Below are positions 43,856-53,710 of a stretch of DNA of 64,000 nucleotides, piece after piece; position 1 is the stretch's first letter, and each line of letters starts with the position of its first letter. Below the pieces are notes generated by a model. It made no database searches and was not told the origin of the DNA. It saw only the letters and a list, made by a program, of their open reading frames with translations. Origin of the DNA: an uncultured Spiribacter sp. (GTDB lineage Bacteria > Pseudomonadota > Gammaproteobacteria > Nitrococcales > Nitrococcaceae); the NCBI GenBank assembly GCA_937884605.1, contig CALGDM010000007.1, positions 6,714 through 70,713 on the forward strand. Direction: 5' to 3'. The position numbers were made by a program, and so were the translations under genes.

Positions 43856-44985
43856 CCGCCCGCTCGATTGCTGGTTCGCATGTAATAACCGCTACTGCAG
43901 GGCGCAACGTCGCCCGAGAGTTCGAGCTTCAGGAGAATGGATGAAAGGATATCGGGCGTCAATGAAGCCCGCTGGAGCAGGGTATCGAAGGCAATGGGGT
44001 CGTGATCCATGGCCTCGAGCACCGCGATTTCCCGTGCATCCAGGGCCGTCCAGTCGGCCTGCTCAGCCGTTGACTCGACCGGCGGAGCGGTGGCCGCCGG
44101 CCCGTCGATGGCATGGCTCACTTCTTCGATGACCTGCTGCGCCGATTCCACCAGACGCGCCCCGTTGCGAATGAGTGCGTGGCAGCCCTTGACCCGCGGA
44201 TTATGGATGGAGCCGGGAATGGCCATGGCCTCGCGGCCGGCATCGATCGCCCGGTAAGCGGTCTCCAGCGAGCCGCTGTGGCGACCGGCCTCGACCACCA
44301 GCGTGCCCACCGACAGCCCGGCGATCAGGCGGTTGCGGCGCGGAAACAGTCCCCGGCTCACCGGTGTGCCGGTGGGCATTTCGGTGACGATTGCCCCGTG
44401 GCGGGCGATCTGGCGGGCCAGCGCCTCATTGTCCCGCGGATAAAGCCGGTCCGGGCCCGTGGCCATGACCGCCACGGTGCGGCCCTGCACCGCCAGTGCC
44501 CCTTCGTGGGCGGCGGTATCGATGCCCAGGGCCAGCCCGCTGGTGACGGTCAGTCCGGTGGCGGCCAGATAGGCGGCAAACTCTTCGGCGATGCGAATGG
44601 CGTTGTCCGAGGCATTGCGTGCCCCGACCATGGCCACCTGGGGCTCGAGCAGGGCGTTGGGATCACCACGCAGGTACAGCATGGGCGGCGGGTCGGCGAT
44701 TTGCGTCAGCAGGGCCGGATAGCGCGCATCGTCGCGGGCGATCAGGTGGCGATCCTCGGCATCGGCCCAGCGCAGGTCGGCATCAATGCCCGACTGCAGG
44801 CTGGCGGCGTCATGCGGTGCGCGGACCGCAGCCCGGGGCAGCCCATGGGCGGCGCGATCGGCCTGGGACGCGGCCCGAAACGCCTCGGGGTGGTCATAGG
44901 CGTCGATGATCAGGGTGCTGGTCCGCGGGCCGACACCCGGCAGGCGCGCCAGCCACAGCCAGCTCTCGAGCGCGCGGTCAGTCAT
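43852..44985 (-). CDS. dprA: DNA-processing protein DprA/Smf
   Basis: YPALL..IADPP, AMVGAR, TSGLALGIDTAAH, FPRRNRLIAGLS, SGSL, PGSIHNP..KGCHALI. Confidence 0.95.
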   Translation of the reverse strand: MTDRALESWLWLARLPGVGPRTSTLIIDAYDHPEAFRAASQADRAAHGLPRAAVRAPHDAASLQSGIDADLRWADAEDRHLIARDDARYPALLTQIADPPPMLYLRGDPNALLEPQVAMVGARNASDNAIRIAEEFAAYLAATGLTVTSGLALGIDTAAHEGALAVQGRTVAVMATGPDRLYPRDNEALARQIARHGAIVTEMPTGTPVSRGLFPRRNRLIAGLSVGTLVVEAGRHSGSLETAYRAIDAGREAMAIPGSIHNPRVKGCHALIRNGARLVESAQQVIEEVSHAIDGPAATAPPVESTAEQADWTALDAREIAVLEAMDHDPIAFDTLLQRASLTPDILSSILLKLELSGDVAPCSSGYYMRTSNRAGG

Positions 44986-45376
44986 GGGCCTCGCTCCGCT
45001 CGGGGTCGATGGCCAGCAGGTAGTCGCCGGGGCGGATTTCGCGCCGCGCCTTCAGGATACGCAGCAGTGCCGGCTGTCCGGCGCTGATCAGTGCCGCTTT
45101 GCCCAGGGCGATGCTGCTGCGGCCGAGGCGCTCGCCGCTGTGGCCGGTGAGCGCCGGCCCGGGCCGAAGCAGATAGTAATGACGGGCGGCCCGACCGCTC
45201 AGCCCTTCGGCATAGACCCGGTCGCCGGCCGCATTCAGACGTCGCCCTTCCTCGCCCAGGACAACCTGCGGCAGGGCCTGGCTGGACGGGAACAGGGCCG
45301 GCGGCGAGGCCGGTACCGACAGGGTGGTCAGCAGAGCAATGGTGGCGAGCAGGGCGCGCAGGCTCCACGCGGGCAT
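44978..45376 (-). CDS. Small exported protein resembling the central domain of TsaP/LysM-domain proteins (no LysM)
   Basis: Signal peptide; GDRVYA.G, Y..LRPG, GE.LG, EIRPGD.L pattern; occupies the slot between dprA and divergent def where a LysM/TsaP gene usually lies. Confidence 0.6.
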   Translation of the reverse strand: MPAWSLRALLATIALLTTLSVPASPPALFPSSQALPQVVLGEEGRRLNAAGDRVYAEGLSGRAARHYYLLRPGPALTGHSGERLGRSSIALGKAALISAGQPALLRILKARREIRPGDYLLAIDPERSEAHD

Positions 45377-45463
45377 GATGTCTCCTTGTCACACCGCGTC
45401 TGACTGGTCGCGAGTGGCGGCGGTTCGCTACACTGAGCGGTAGTGCTTTAAACGGATAGTCTC

Positions 45464-45997
45464 ATGGCCATACGCGAAATCCTCCAGTACCCCGATGAAA
45501 GGCTGCGCCGCCGGGCCGCGCCCGTCGAGCAGATCGATGCCGAGGTGCATGCCCTGGTGCGCGACATGATCGAGACCATGTACGACGCCTCGGGGATCGG
45601 TCTGGCGGCCACGCAGATCAATGTCCACCAGCGCCTTGTCGTGGTTGATGTCAGCGAAAATGGCGACGCGCCGCAGGTGTTCATCAACCCCGAGATCATC
45701 GCGCGCGGCGAGACGCGGGATATTGTCGAAGAGGGCTGTCTGTCCATCGCCGGCTATACCGACAACGTCGAACGGGTCGATGCCGTGACCGTGCGCGCCC
45801 AGGGTCTGGACGGCGAACCCTTCGAGCTGCAGGCCGAAGGCATGATGGCGCGTTGCCTGCAGCACGAGATCGATCATATCGACGGCCGGCTTTTTATTGA
45901 CCATCTCTCCGAGCTCAAGCGCAAGCGCCTGCGCCGGCGGTTCGAGAAAGCGGCCCGGCAGCGCGGTGATGCGTCGGCCCGAACGGGATCGGTCTGA
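45464..45997 (+). CDS. def: Peptide deformylase
   Basis: [20 protein letters not shown]. Confidence 0.97.
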   Translation: MAIREILQYPDERLRRRAAPVEQIDAEVHALVRDMIETMYDASGIGLAATQINVHQRLVVVDVSENGDAPQVFINPEIIARGETRDIVEEGCLSIAGYTDNVERVDAVTVRAQGLDGEPFELQAEGMMARCLQHEIDHIDGRLFIDHLSELKRKRLRRRFEKAARQRGDASARTGSV

Positions 45998-46953
45998 TCG
46001 GCGCCAGCGACAATACGCCGCCCCGCATCGTCTATGCGGGGACGCCCGAGTTTGCCGTGCCCGCCCTCGAGGCCCTGGTGGCGGCGGGGCACTCCATCGC
46101 CGCGGTTTACACCCAGCCCGACCGGCCGGCCGGCCGCGGGCGCCGGCTCCGGCCATCACCGGTCAAGACAGCCGCCCTCGAGCACGGCCTGAGCGTCGAA
46201 CAGCCCGAGCGCCTGGGCAACGCCGAGGCCCGGGACCGGCTGGCCGGCTATCGGCCCGACGTCATGATCGTGGCGGCTTATGGCCTGATCCTGCCGGCAT
46301 CCGTGCTGAACATTCCCACCCATGGTTGCGTCAACATCCATGCCTCGCTGCTGCCGCGCTGGCGCGGGGCGGCCCCCATTCAGCGGGCCATCGAGGCCGG
46401 CGATCCGGAAACCGGCGTCTGTCTGATGGAAATGGCGGCGGGCCTGGATACCGGGCCGGTCATCGCAGCGCGGTCCACGCCCATCACCCCCGACGATAAT
46501 GCCGCGCAGTTGCATGACCGGCTGGCCGATCTGGGGGCGCAATTGCTGGTGGATTGCCTGGATGGCTGGCTGCATGGCCGGCAACCCGCCCGTCCGCAGC
46601 CGTCCGACGGCGTGACCTATGCCGCCAAGATCAACGCCGACGAGGCCTGGATCGATTGGCAGCGTCCGGCGCCCGAGCTGGCGCGCCGGGTGCGCGCGTT
46701 CAATGCCTGGCCGGTGGCCCGCTGCGCGTGGGGCGATGATCGGTTGCGGGTCTGGCAGGCGGTGGCGCTGCCGGCCGGCGACGCGGCGGCGCCACCCGGC
46801 ACCATTATTGCCGTCGGGTCCGACGGGATTGATGTGCAGACCGGCGAGGGCCTGCTGCGCCTGCAGCGGGTACAGGCGGCCGGTGGACGGGCCCAGCCAG
46901 TGGCGGAATTCCTGCGGGGGCACACAGTGCATGTCGGCGAAATCCTCCACTGA
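45994..46953 (+). CDS. fmt: Methionyl-tRNA formyltransferase (probable non-canonical CTG start)
   Basis: [11 protein letters not shown] (46024-46056, upstream of the called ORF), [40 protein letters not shown]. Start position is inferred. Confidence 0.93.
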   Translation: MIGASDNTPPRIVYAGTPEFAVPALEALVAAGHSIAAVYTQPDRPAGRGRRLRPSPVKTAALEHGLSVEQPERLGNAEARDRLAGYRPDVMIVAAYGLILPASVLNIPTHGCVNIHASLLPRWRGAAPIQRAIEAGDPETGVCLMEMAAGLDTGPVIAARSTPITPDDNAAQLHDRLADLGAQLLVDCLDGWLHGRQPARPQPSDGVTYAAKINADEAWIDWQRPAPELARRVRAFNAWPVARCAWGDDRLRVWQAVALPAGDAAAPPGTIIAVGSDGIDVQTGEGLLRLQRVQAAGGRAQPVAEFLRGHTVHVGEILH

Positions 46954-48241
46954 TCCGCGCGGGGCCGCGGTCGAGGTCCTGCTGGCGGTGCTGCACCGAG
47001 GCCGATCACTGGATCGCGCCCTCGCCGAGCACGGTCCGCGCGGCGATGATCCCCGGGATGTCGCGTTATGCCGGGCCATCGCCTACGGGGTGCTGCGTTA
47101 TCACCGCCGCCTGGGCGCCATTCGGGATCATTTCCTGCGCAGCCGGCTCAAGTCGCGGGACCAGGACATGGCGCTGCTCCTCGAGATCGGCTTTTTCCAG
47201 CTCACCGAAATGGACATTCCGGCCCATGCGGCGGTCTCCGAGACGGTTGCCGTCGCGCGCCGGCGCGGCAAGCCCTGGGCTGCCAAGCTGATCAACGCCG
47301 TCCTGCGACGTTTTCAGCGCGACAGCGCGGCCTGCCTGCAGGCGGTAGACGCCGACCCGGCCCGCCAGGCCTCGGTGCCGGACTGGCTGCTCGCCCACCT
47401 GCGCCGGGACTGGCCCGACGACTGGCAGGCGCTGCTGGCCGCGCAGAATACGCGGGCGCCCATGACGCTGCGGGTCAATCGCCGTCGCACGTCCCGTGAT
47501 GCCTATCTCGAGCGGCTTGCCGCTGAGGGCATTGGCGCCCGGGCGCTGGCGGGGTTCGAGGACGCCCTGGTGCTCGACAACGCGGTGGCGGTCAGCGCAC
47601 TGCCGGGCTTTGCCGCCGGCGATTGCTCGGTGCAGGACGCCGTCGCCCAGTGGGCTGCCCCGCTGCTGGCGGCGACGGAGGGCGATCGGGTGCTCGATGC
47701 CTGCGCCGCACCCGGGGGTAAGGCCGCCCACGTGCTTGAACATGCGCAGGTGTCGCTGCTGGCGGCGGATATTGATGCCGAGCGGCTGCAGCGGGTCGAG
47801 GAAACCTTCGCCCGCCTCGGCCTGAGCGCCACGGTGCGGGTGGCGGATGCCTCAGACCCCGGGCAGTGGCCAGCGCAAGAGCGCTTCGATCGCATCCTCA
47901 TTGATGCGCCGTGTTCGGGCACCGGGGTCATCCGTCGGCACCCCGACATCAAATGGCTGCGGCGCGAGGCCGATATCGCGCATCTGGCGGTGCGCCAGCG
48001 CGCGCTTCTCGACACCCTCTGGCCGCGACTGGCACCGGGCGGGCGTCTTGTCTACTGCACCTGCTCGGTGCTTCGCGCCGAGAATGAATCAGTGATCGAG
48101 GCCTTCGTCGGGGATCAAGCCGATGTCAAAGTGGTCCCACCTGCACCGCCGGTCGGTCGGCCGGTGGGCCACGGACATCAGGTTCTGACCGGTGAGGCCG
48201 GCGTCGATGGCTTCTACTATGCCTGTCTGGACAAGCGCTAG
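46931..48241 (+). CDS. rsmB: 16S rRNA m5C967 methyltransferase RsmB
   Basis: NusB-like N-terminus, [45 protein letters not shown]. Confidence 0.95.
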   Translation: MSAKSSTDPRGAAVEVLLAVLHRGRSLDRALAEHGPRGDDPRDVALCRAIAYGVLRYHRRLGAIRDHFLRSRLKSRDQDMALLLEIGFFQLTEMDIPAHAAVSETVAVARRRGKPWAAKLINAVLRRFQRDSAACLQAVDADPARQASVPDWLLAHLRRDWPDDWQALLAAQNTRAPMTLRVNRRRTSRDAYLERLAAEGIGARALAGFEDALVLDNAVAVSALPGFAAGDCSVQDAVAQWAAPLLAATEGDRVLDACAAPGGKAAHVLEHAQVSLLAADIDAERLQRVEETFARLGLSATVRVADASDPGQWPAQERFDRILIDAPCSGTGVIRRHPDIKWLRREADIAHLAVRQRALLDTLWPRLAPGGRLVYCTCSVLRAENESVIEAFVGDQADVKVVPPAPPVGRPVGHGHQVLTGEAGVDGFYYACLDKR

Positions 48242-48794
48242 CCCCCGAGCCGCCCTGCTGGTGGCGCTGCTGTGTCTGGCCGCGGTCGGCATCAGCCCCC
48301 CGGCGGCGGGTTTCAGTGTTGCCTCGCTTGAACAGCGATTCGCCAACGGGCTGTTGGTGGTGGATGGGCGTATCGACTATTCGCTGACGGCGACGGCAAC
48401 CGAGGCACTGGAGAGCGGCGTCGATCTGGTGATCAGCCAACGGCTGAGCCTCGATCGACCGCGCTGGTGGTGGCGCGACGTGGAAGTGGTCGGTCAGGAG
48501 CGCCGGTACCGGCTTGCCTATCACGCGATGAGCCGTCGCTACGTGCTCAATCGCCTTGCCAGTGGCGAGAGTCGCAGTTATCGCAGCCTCGATGCCCTGC
48601 TGACGCGGCTTGGCACCATTGAGGCCTGGCCCGTGATCGGCCGCGACCGGCTGGATGACCAGCAGACCTATCGGCTGCGTTTCGAGACCGAGCTGGATGT
48701 GGACGCGCTGCCCCGGCTGTTGCGCACGGTGGCCTGGGCCAGCGCCGACTGGCAGCTGCGCAGCGAGCCCCAGACCCTTGAGGTGCGGCCATGA
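48219..48794 (+). CDS. DUF4390 exported protein
   Basis: Signal peptide, EALESGV, RWWW, Y.LAYHAMSRRY, LP..L; conserved rsmB-DUF4390-ntrY context. Confidence 0.8.
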   Translation: MPVWTSASPRAALLVALLCLAAVGISPPAAGFSVASLEQRFANGLLVVDGRIDYSLTATATEALESGVDLVISQRLSLDRPRWWWRDVEVVGQERRYRLAYHAMSRRYVLNRLASGESRSYRSLDALLTRLGTIEAWPVIGRDRLDDQQTYRLRFETELDVDALPRLLRTVAWASADWQLRSEPQTLEVRP

Positions 48795-50947
48795 GCGGGC
48801 TGCCGCGCCAGGCCATTGTCCGCATCCTGCTCAGCGTGCTGCTGATCCTGTCGCTGTATCTGCTCAGCGCCGCCACTGAAAACTCCTCGCGCTTCGGGCG
48901 CCTGTATCTGTGGCTGCTGCTGATCAACGGCGTGGTGCTGGTGGTGCTCTCGGGGCTGATCATCAACAACCTGCAGCGGCTGGTGCGCTCGCTGCGGGCG
49001 CGCGAAACCGGCAGTCGCCTGACCCTGCGGTTGATGGCCCTGTTTGTGGTCCTGGCGGTGCTGCCCGGACTGGTGGTGTACGGTTTTTCGATGCAGTTTT
49101 TGCAGCGCGGCGTGGACAGTTGGTTTGATGTGCGCGTCGAAAATGCCCTCGAAGACGCGCTGGCGCTCTCCCAGGCGTCGCTGGATCAGCGCATGCGTGA
49201 CATGCAGCAGCGCCTCGAAGAGGCCGCCCGGGATCTGGCCGATGTCAGCCAGGAGATGGCGCCCATCACTCTGGGCGACCTACGCGCCCGCACGGGTGCC
49301 TCGGAGTTGACGCTGATCGGCGAGAACGGGCGCATCATTGCCGCCAGCAGCATGGATACTGACAGCATCCTGCCCAATCGGCCCGAGGAGAGCATTCTTC
49401 TGCAGCTGCGCCAGGGCCGGCCCTATGTGGGGCTCGACCCCATCGAGAACGCCGGCCTGCATATCCGCGCCCTGGTGCGTGCACCGGGCCCGGATGGGCC
49501 CGGCAATACGCGCATCCTGCAGGGGCTTTTCCAGGTCTCGCCGCGCATCAACGATCTGGCCGACGAGGTGGAAACCGCGTTCAGCGAGTATCGCGAGCTC
49601 GCCTATCTGCGCGGACCGCTCAAGGACAGCTTCATCCTGACGCTGTCGCTGGTGCTGCTGGTGTCGCTGCTGTTCGCCGTCTGGTCGGCATTCTATCTGG
49701 CCCGCCGACTGGTGGCGCCGGTGAGTCGTCTGGCCGAGGGCACCCGGGCGATGGCCGCCGGCGAGTACGGTACCCAGCTGCCCCCGGCGGGCAACGACGA
49801 GCTGGGCTTTCTGGTGCGATCGTTCAATGACATGAGCCGTCGCGTGGCCGATGTCCGGGATGCCGCACGGCAGAGCCAGACGCTGGTGGAATCCCAGCGC
49901 GCCTATCTGGAAACGGTGCTGGGGCGTCTGTCCTCGGGGGTGTTGGCACTGGGCCCGGACGGCACCCTGCGCACCTATAACCAGGCGGCGGTGGATATCC
50001 TCTCGGTGCCGCTGCATGAAGGCACCGGCCAGCCGCTGTCGGCCCTTGTCCAGCGGTTTCCTGACTTCAGTCCGTTTGTCGAGCAGATTGATGCCCATCA
50101 GCACGAGGCCGAGGGCGAATGGCGTGCCGAGCTCAGTCTGGACACCCGCGAGGGGCGCCGGTCGCTGATCTGCAGCGGGGCGCTGCTGCCGGGCGAGGGC
50201 GAAGGTGGCGGCGAGGTGATCGTCTTTGATGATGTGACCACACTCATTCAGGCCCAGCGCGACGCCGCCTGGGGTGAAGTCGCCCGGCGGCTGGCCCATG
50301 AGATCCGCAATCCGCTGACACCCATCCAGCTGTCCGCCGAGCGCCTCCAGCACAAGGTGGGCAACCGCCTGAGCGGCGACGAGGCGGCCCTGCTGCAACG
50401 GGCCACCGAGACCATCATCCACCAGGTCGAGGCAATGAAGGAGATGGTCCAGGCGTTTTCCGAGTACGCGCGACCGCCGGTGCTGCAGCTCCAGCGGGTC
50501 GACTTCAATGCCCTGGTGCAGGAGGTGGTTGAGCTCTACCGGGGGCAGGCGGCGCAGGCCTCGATCCGCACGGACCTGGACGATCAGCTGCCCTGGCTGG
50601 AGGCCGATCCCGGGCGCCTGCGTCAGCTGCTCAACAACCTGATCCGCAATGCCCTCGAAGCCGACGCCGGCGGCGCCTGCGAGATCGTGGTCTCGACCCG
50701 CCGCCGCAGCGGGCGCCATGCCGGGGGCGTGGAACTGGACATCGAGGATAACGGGCCCGGGTTTGCCGATGCCATGCTCGATCAGCTCTTCGAGCCCTAT
50801 GTCAGCACCAAGCCCCGGGGCTCGGGGCTGGGCCTGGCGATCGTTAAAAAGATTGTCGAAGAGCACAATGGCAGTATCAGTGCCCGCAATGTCGAGGGCG
50901 GCGCGCGTCTGTCGGTGCGCCTGCCGACCGGGGAGAATGGACAATGA
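48791..50947 (+). CDS. ntrY: NtrY-like sensor histidine kinase (HAMP, PAS)
   Basis: GSRLTLRL, DSWFD, HAMP (DELGFLVRSFN), AWGEVARRLAHEIRNPLTPIQLSAERL, DNGPG, GSGLGL. Confidence 0.88.
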   Translation: MSGLPRQAIVRILLSVLLILSLYLLSAATENSSRFGRLYLWLLLINGVVLVVLSGLIINNLQRLVRSLRARETGSRLTLRLMALFVVLAVLPGLVVYGFSMQFLQRGVDSWFDVRVENALEDALALSQASLDQRMRDMQQRLEEAARDLADVSQEMAPITLGDLRARTGASELTLIGENGRIIAASSMDTDSILPNRPEESILLQLRQGRPYVGLDPIENAGLHIRALVRAPGPDGPGNTRILQGLFQVSPRINDLADEVETAFSEYRELAYLRGPLKDSFILTLSLVLLVSLLFAVWSAFYLARRLVAPVSRLAEGTRAMAAGEYGTQLPPAGNDELGFLVRSFNDMSRRVADVRDAARQSQTLVESQRAYLETVLGRLSSGVLALGPDGTLRTYNQAAVDILSVPLHEGTGQPLSALVQRFPDFSPFVEQIDAHQHEAEGEWRAELSLDTREGRRSLICSGALLPGEGEGGGEVIVFDDVTTLIQAQRDAAWGEVARRLAHEIRNPLTPIQLSAERLQHKVGNRLSGDEAALLQRATETIIHQVEAMKEMVQAFSEYARPPVLQLQRVDFNALVQEVVELYRGQAAQASIRTDLDDQLPWLEADPGRLRQLLNNLIRNALEADAGGACEIVVSTRRRSGRHAGGVELDIEDNGPGFADAMLDQLFEPYVSTKPRGSGLGLAIVKKIVEEHNGSISARNVEGGARLSVRLPTGENGQ

Positions 50948-52323
50948 GCAAGGCCTACGTGCTGGTCGTCGACGACGAGCCGGACATCCGCGAGCTGGTC
51001 CGCGAGATCCTCGAGGATGAGGGCTACGCGGTGGCAACGGCGGAAAGCGCCAGCCAGGCACGCTCGCTGCTGCGCGAGCGCACGCCGCAACTGGTGCTGC
51101 TGGATATCTGGATGCCCGGCGATGACGGGATTTCGTTGCTCAAGGAGTGGGCGCAGGGCGGTGTCTGTCCGTTCCCGGTGGTCATGATCTCGGGACACGG
51201 CACGGTGGAAACCGCTGTCGAGGCCACCCGTCACGGGGCGATGGACTTTGTTGAAAAGCCGCTGTCCATGGGCAAGCTGCTGGCAACGGTGGAGCAGGCG
51301 CTGGCCGCCCCCGGCGCCGTCGGCACCCCCGGCGATGCACCCGCCCCGGTCATCGAACCGGTGGGACGCAGCAGCGCCATGCGTGATCTGCGCGAACAGG
51401 CCGAACGGCTGGCCGGCACCGACAGCTGGGTGCTCATCAGTGGTGAGCCCGGCAGCGGCCGCAAATGCCTGGGGCGCTATATTCACAGTCTCAGCGAGCG
51501 CCGTTCGGGGCCGCTGGTGGAGGTGGCGGCCGGCACCATCGCCGGGCAATCGGCGGCTCAGGAGCTGTTCGGCCAGGTCCGACGCAGTCAGGTCATCCCC
51601 GGCCGGCTCGAGGCCGCCGCCGGTGGCACGGTGATCCTCGACGGTGCCGCCGACCTGGACGCCGAGGCGCAGACCCGGCTGGCCTCGGCGATCGATGCCG
51701 GCAGTTTTCAGCGGGTTGGCGGCTCGGAGCGCATTCCGCTCGACGTGCGCATGATTGCCATCAGCCGTCGCGATCTGACCGCCGAGGCCCAGGCCGGGCG
51801 CTTTCGACCGGATCTGGCCTATGCACTGAGCGTGATTCCGCTGACGGTCCCGCCCCTGCGCGAGCATGCCGAGGACATCCCCGAGCTGGTGGCCTTTCAG
51901 GTCGACCGGCTGGTCGAGCGCGAACAGCTCGGTTACCGTCGCTTTACAGTGGCGGCCCAGAACCGGCTGCGCAATCATGGCTGGCATGGCAATGTCCAGG
52001 AGCTGCACAACCTGGTGCAGCGGCTGCTGGTGCTGGGCGACGGCATCGACATTGAGGTCGAGGAGGTCGAAGCGGCGCTGAGCCAGCGCCCGGCGGTGAC
52101 CGGCGGTGAGAGCGACTGGCCGCAGGCACTGGCACTGCCACTGCGGGAGGCCCGCGAGCGTTTCGAGCGCGATTACCTGCAAAGGCAACTGCAGCGGGCC
52201 GACGGCAGTGTCGCGCAGCTGGCGCGACTGGCCGGCATGGAGCGCACCCATCTGTACCGCAAGCTGCGCGCTCTGGGCATTGACCCGCGCGAGGGCGGCG
52301 AATCCGGCGGAGGCCGTGCATGA
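50944..52323 (+). CDS. ntrX: NtrX-like response regulator with degenerate sigma-54 activator domain
   Basis: [29 protein letters not shown]+-like centre; [14 protein letters not shown]. Confidence 0.86.
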   Translation: MSKAYVLVVDDEPDIRELVREILEDEGYAVATAESASQARSLLRERTPQLVLLDIWMPGDDGISLLKEWAQGGVCPFPVVMISGHGTVETAVEATRHGAMDFVEKPLSMGKLLATVEQALAAPGAVGTPGDAPAPVIEPVGRSSAMRDLREQAERLAGTDSWVLISGEPGSGRKCLGRYIHSLSERRSGPLVEVAAGTIAGQSAAQELFGQVRRSQVIPGRLEAAAGGTVILDGAADLDAEAQTRLASAIDAGSFQRVGGSERIPLDVRMIAISRRDLTAEAQAGRFRPDLAYALSVIPLTVPPLREHAEDIPELVAFQVDRLVEREQLGYRRFTVAAQNRLRNHGWHGNVQELHNLVQRLLVLGDGIDIEVEEVEAALSQRPAVTGGESDWPQALALPLREARERFERDYLQRQLQRADGSVAQLARLAGMERTHLYRKLRALGIDPREGGESGGGRA

Positions 52324-53696
52324 AGATCATCATTCTGGGAGCCGGCCAGGTCGGGGGCACCGTGGCGGCCAACCTGACCAGCGAAGACAACGACATTACC
52401 GTGGTCGATCGCGACGGCCAGATCCTGCAGGCGCTCCAGGACCGGCTGGATCTGCGCACGGTCGCGGGTAACGCCACCTATCCGGCGGTGCTCGAGCGCG
52501 CCGGCGTCGATGACGCCGACATGGTGATCGCGGTCACCAACTCGGACGAGGCCAACATGGTGGCCTGCCAGATCTGCGCCACCCTGTTCCGCACTCCCAG
52601 CAAGATCGCCCGCGTGCGCGCCGTGGAGTACCTCTCGCACCCCCAGATCTTTGCCCCCGATGCCTTGCCCATCGACGTGCTCATCAGCCCCGAGCAATTG
52701 GTCACCCAGTACGTGCGACGCCTCATCGAGCACCCCGGCGCGCTGCAGGTGATGGATTTTGCCGATGGCAAGGTCCGCCTGGTGGGCGTACGCGCCTACT
52801 ATGGTGGCCCCCTGGTGGGCCAGGAGCTGCGCACCCTGCGCGAACATGTCCCGGGCGTGCAGACCCGCGTGGCGGCCATCTATCGCCGCGGCAGCGCCAT
52901 CATCCCCGAGGGTGAGACGGTGATCGAAGCCGGTGACGAGGTGTTCTTCGTGGCGGCGCGCAAAAACATCCGTGCCGTGATGAGCGAGCTGCGCCGGCTC
53001 GACAAGCCGGTCAAGCGCATCACCCTGGCCGGCGGCGGCAACATTGGGATGCGCCTGGCCCAGTCACTCGAGACGCAGTACCAGGTCAAGATCATCGAGC
53101 ACAATCCGCAGCGCTGTCGGGCGATTGCCGACGAGCTCAAAAAGACCATCGTGCTGCGCGGCGATGCCGCCGACGAAGACCTGCTGCTTGAGGAGAACAT
53201 CGAGAACACCGACGTGTTCTGTGCCCTGACCAACGATGACGAGGCCAACATCCTGGCGGCAATGCTGGCCAAGCGCCGCGGCGCGCGGACGGTCATGGCA
53301 TTGATCAACCGCGCCGCCTACGTCGATCTGATCCAGTCCAGCGACGACATCGATGTGGCGATTTCGCCGCAGCAGGCGACCATCGGCAGCCTGCTCGCGC
53401 ATATCCGTCGCGGTGACGTGGCGACGGTGCATAGCCTGCGCCGCGGCGCCGCCGAGGCCATCGAGGCGATCGCCCACGGCGATGCCGGCAGCTCGGAGGT
53501 GGTGGGCCGCCGCATCGATCAGATCCGCCTGCCGCGGGGCACCACCATCGGCGCCATCGTCCGTGGCGAAGAAGTGGTCATGGCCCATCACGACACGGTG
53601 ATCGAACCCGAAGACCACGTCATTCTCTTCCTCGTCGACAAGAGCCGGCTGCGAGACGTCGAAAAGCTCTTCTCGGTGGGCGTGACCTTTCTCTAG
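52320..53696 (+). CDS. trkA: Trk potassium uptake NAD-binding subunit
   Basis: [48 protein letters not shown]. Confidence 0.96.
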   Translation: MKIIILGAGQVGGTVAANLTSEDNDITVVDRDGQILQALQDRLDLRTVAGNATYPAVLERAGVDDADMVIAVTNSDEANMVACQICATLFRTPSKIARVRAVEYLSHPQIFAPDALPIDVLISPEQLVTQYVRRLIEHPGALQVMDFADGKVRLVGVRAYYGGPLVGQELRTLREHVPGVQTRVAAIYRRGSAIIPEGETVIEAGDEVFFVAARKNIRAVMSELRRLDKPVKRITLAGGGNIGMRLAQSLETQYQVKIIEHNPQRCRAIADELKKTIVLRGDAADEDLLLEENIENTDVFCALTNDDEANILAAMLAKRRGARTVMALINRAAYVDLIQSSDDIDVAISPQQATIGSLLAHIRRGDVATVHSLRRGAAEAIEAIAHGDAGSSEVVGRRIDQIRLPRGTTIGAIVRGEEVVMAHHDTVIEPEDHVILFLVDKSRLRDVEKLFSVGVTFL

Positions 53697-53710
53697 GGAC
53701 CCGAGCGCTC

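Noticed and set aside
45464..46953. Def-Fmt fusion by programmed -1 frameshift
   Set aside because: I saw no slippery heptamer near the def 3' end; coupled initiation at CTGA is simpler.
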